Assembly (NCBI GenBank): GCA_030141605.1
Contig: JAQGDQ010000014.1
Coordinates: forward strand, 1,240,001-1,304,000
Direction: 5' to 3'
DNA: 64,000 nucleotides
DNA from: Tubiluchus corallicola
Taxonomy: Eukaryota > Animalia > Priapulida
Shown: positions 52,800 to 64,000 of the stretch, piece after piece
Numbering within the stretch: position 1 is the first letter of the stretch
Layout: every line of letters begins with the position of its first letter
The notes under the pieces: generated by a model
What the model saw: the letters and a program-made list of their open reading frames with translations, nothing else
Database searches by the model: none
What the model was told of the DNA's origin: nothing
Position numbers and translations under genes: made by a program

Positions 52800-53184
52800 C
52801 TAGTAAAAACATAGAGGCGCATTAAAACATGATTTATATTGTTGATATAATCTAAAATTAATAAATCTGCAAAAAGCATAAAACACAAAGAGAACTCATC
52901 TGAGCTTCTTTGTCAGATTGGCCTATGACAAAGATTGACAATAGGGTAATTACAAAATATTTATGTACGATGGTAAGCTTACATTTTACACTCCGTGCAA
53001 GATTGTAAATCTTAAATTTGTCATCCAAGATCTCCATACTTTGTGTGTAAGGGTTCTACGAGTTCTAAATCTATGTAACAGTGTAATTATGCCTTATAAA
53101 ACTTATGCATTATAAAATCTGTTAGTAGTATAAAAGTAAAACAAGACTGTTCTGTAAGCACCAGTGCTGGACAACAATTATCTC

Positions 53185-63487
<10,303 letters not shown>

Positions 63488-64000
63488 CTAAAATGGAAAT
63501 TAGAATTAGTTGTAAAAATAGGACGCTCAAATACCTGTCCTGTAAACAATTTAAGACATCTCTGCAATTGGTGATTTTGCTAGACTTTGTTGATGATTAG
63601 TCGTAACTACATGTACGCTGTTCAAAAAAGAAAAAAGTAATTTACTGGCTAGAAGAGCACAGTATTGGGACATTGTTATGCGTATTATACAGTTAAATAG
63701 CGAGAAACAGGACATCTAGGTCACATTGAACGTTATTTTAGACTGCTTTGCTACAGTTATAAATGATGATTATTATTATGATGATAAATTTGACCTCAGC
63801 GTCAGCAGTTAAAACGATATTACAAAGTAGCTCTCATTGCCGACTATTACAATAAACAACAATCTACAACTGTATAGATGTTGTAGTGTTGTACACTGTT
63901 TGTATTCATTCTAATGTAGCAGGCCTGGAATTCGCCACAAGGACGACACGTCACTGCTGATCTTAGGTTTTATTTCACATCCGTTAAGCGGTACTCGTTG

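Overview
AT-rich, intron-rich animal genomic DNA, probably from an invertebrate (no prokaryotic features). Three multi-exon genes were rebuilt by hand from splice sites and reading phase. (1) A long Bcl-2-family gene of Bcl-G/BCL2L14/BCL2L12 type lies on the minus strand (CDS 26768->5605, 11 exons, about 653 aa). (2) MRPL23 lies on the plus strand (CDS 37122->50713, 5 exons, 154 aa) and is missed by the ORF track. (3) Phenylalanine hydroxylase (PAH) lies on the minus strand (63487->53185; its first exon is probably beyond the window). Introns and spacers hold decayed LINEs (one nested in another), a TTAA-flanked TIR element, MITEs, a candidate solo LTR with heat-shock elements and a 28-bp minisatellite. 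The most striking structure is a 4-kb head-to-tail non-autonomous Helitron concatemer (A-B-A-B-A) about 300 bp upstream of MRPL23, framed by an inverted sequence pair. Other highlights are a 21-nt in-frame microexon candidate and a GC-AG intron in PAH, a near-identical 429-bp duplication of the PAH last exon, and possible ancient MRPL23-hydroxylase synteny. All family assignments come from motif recognition and recalled sequences; no searches were run.
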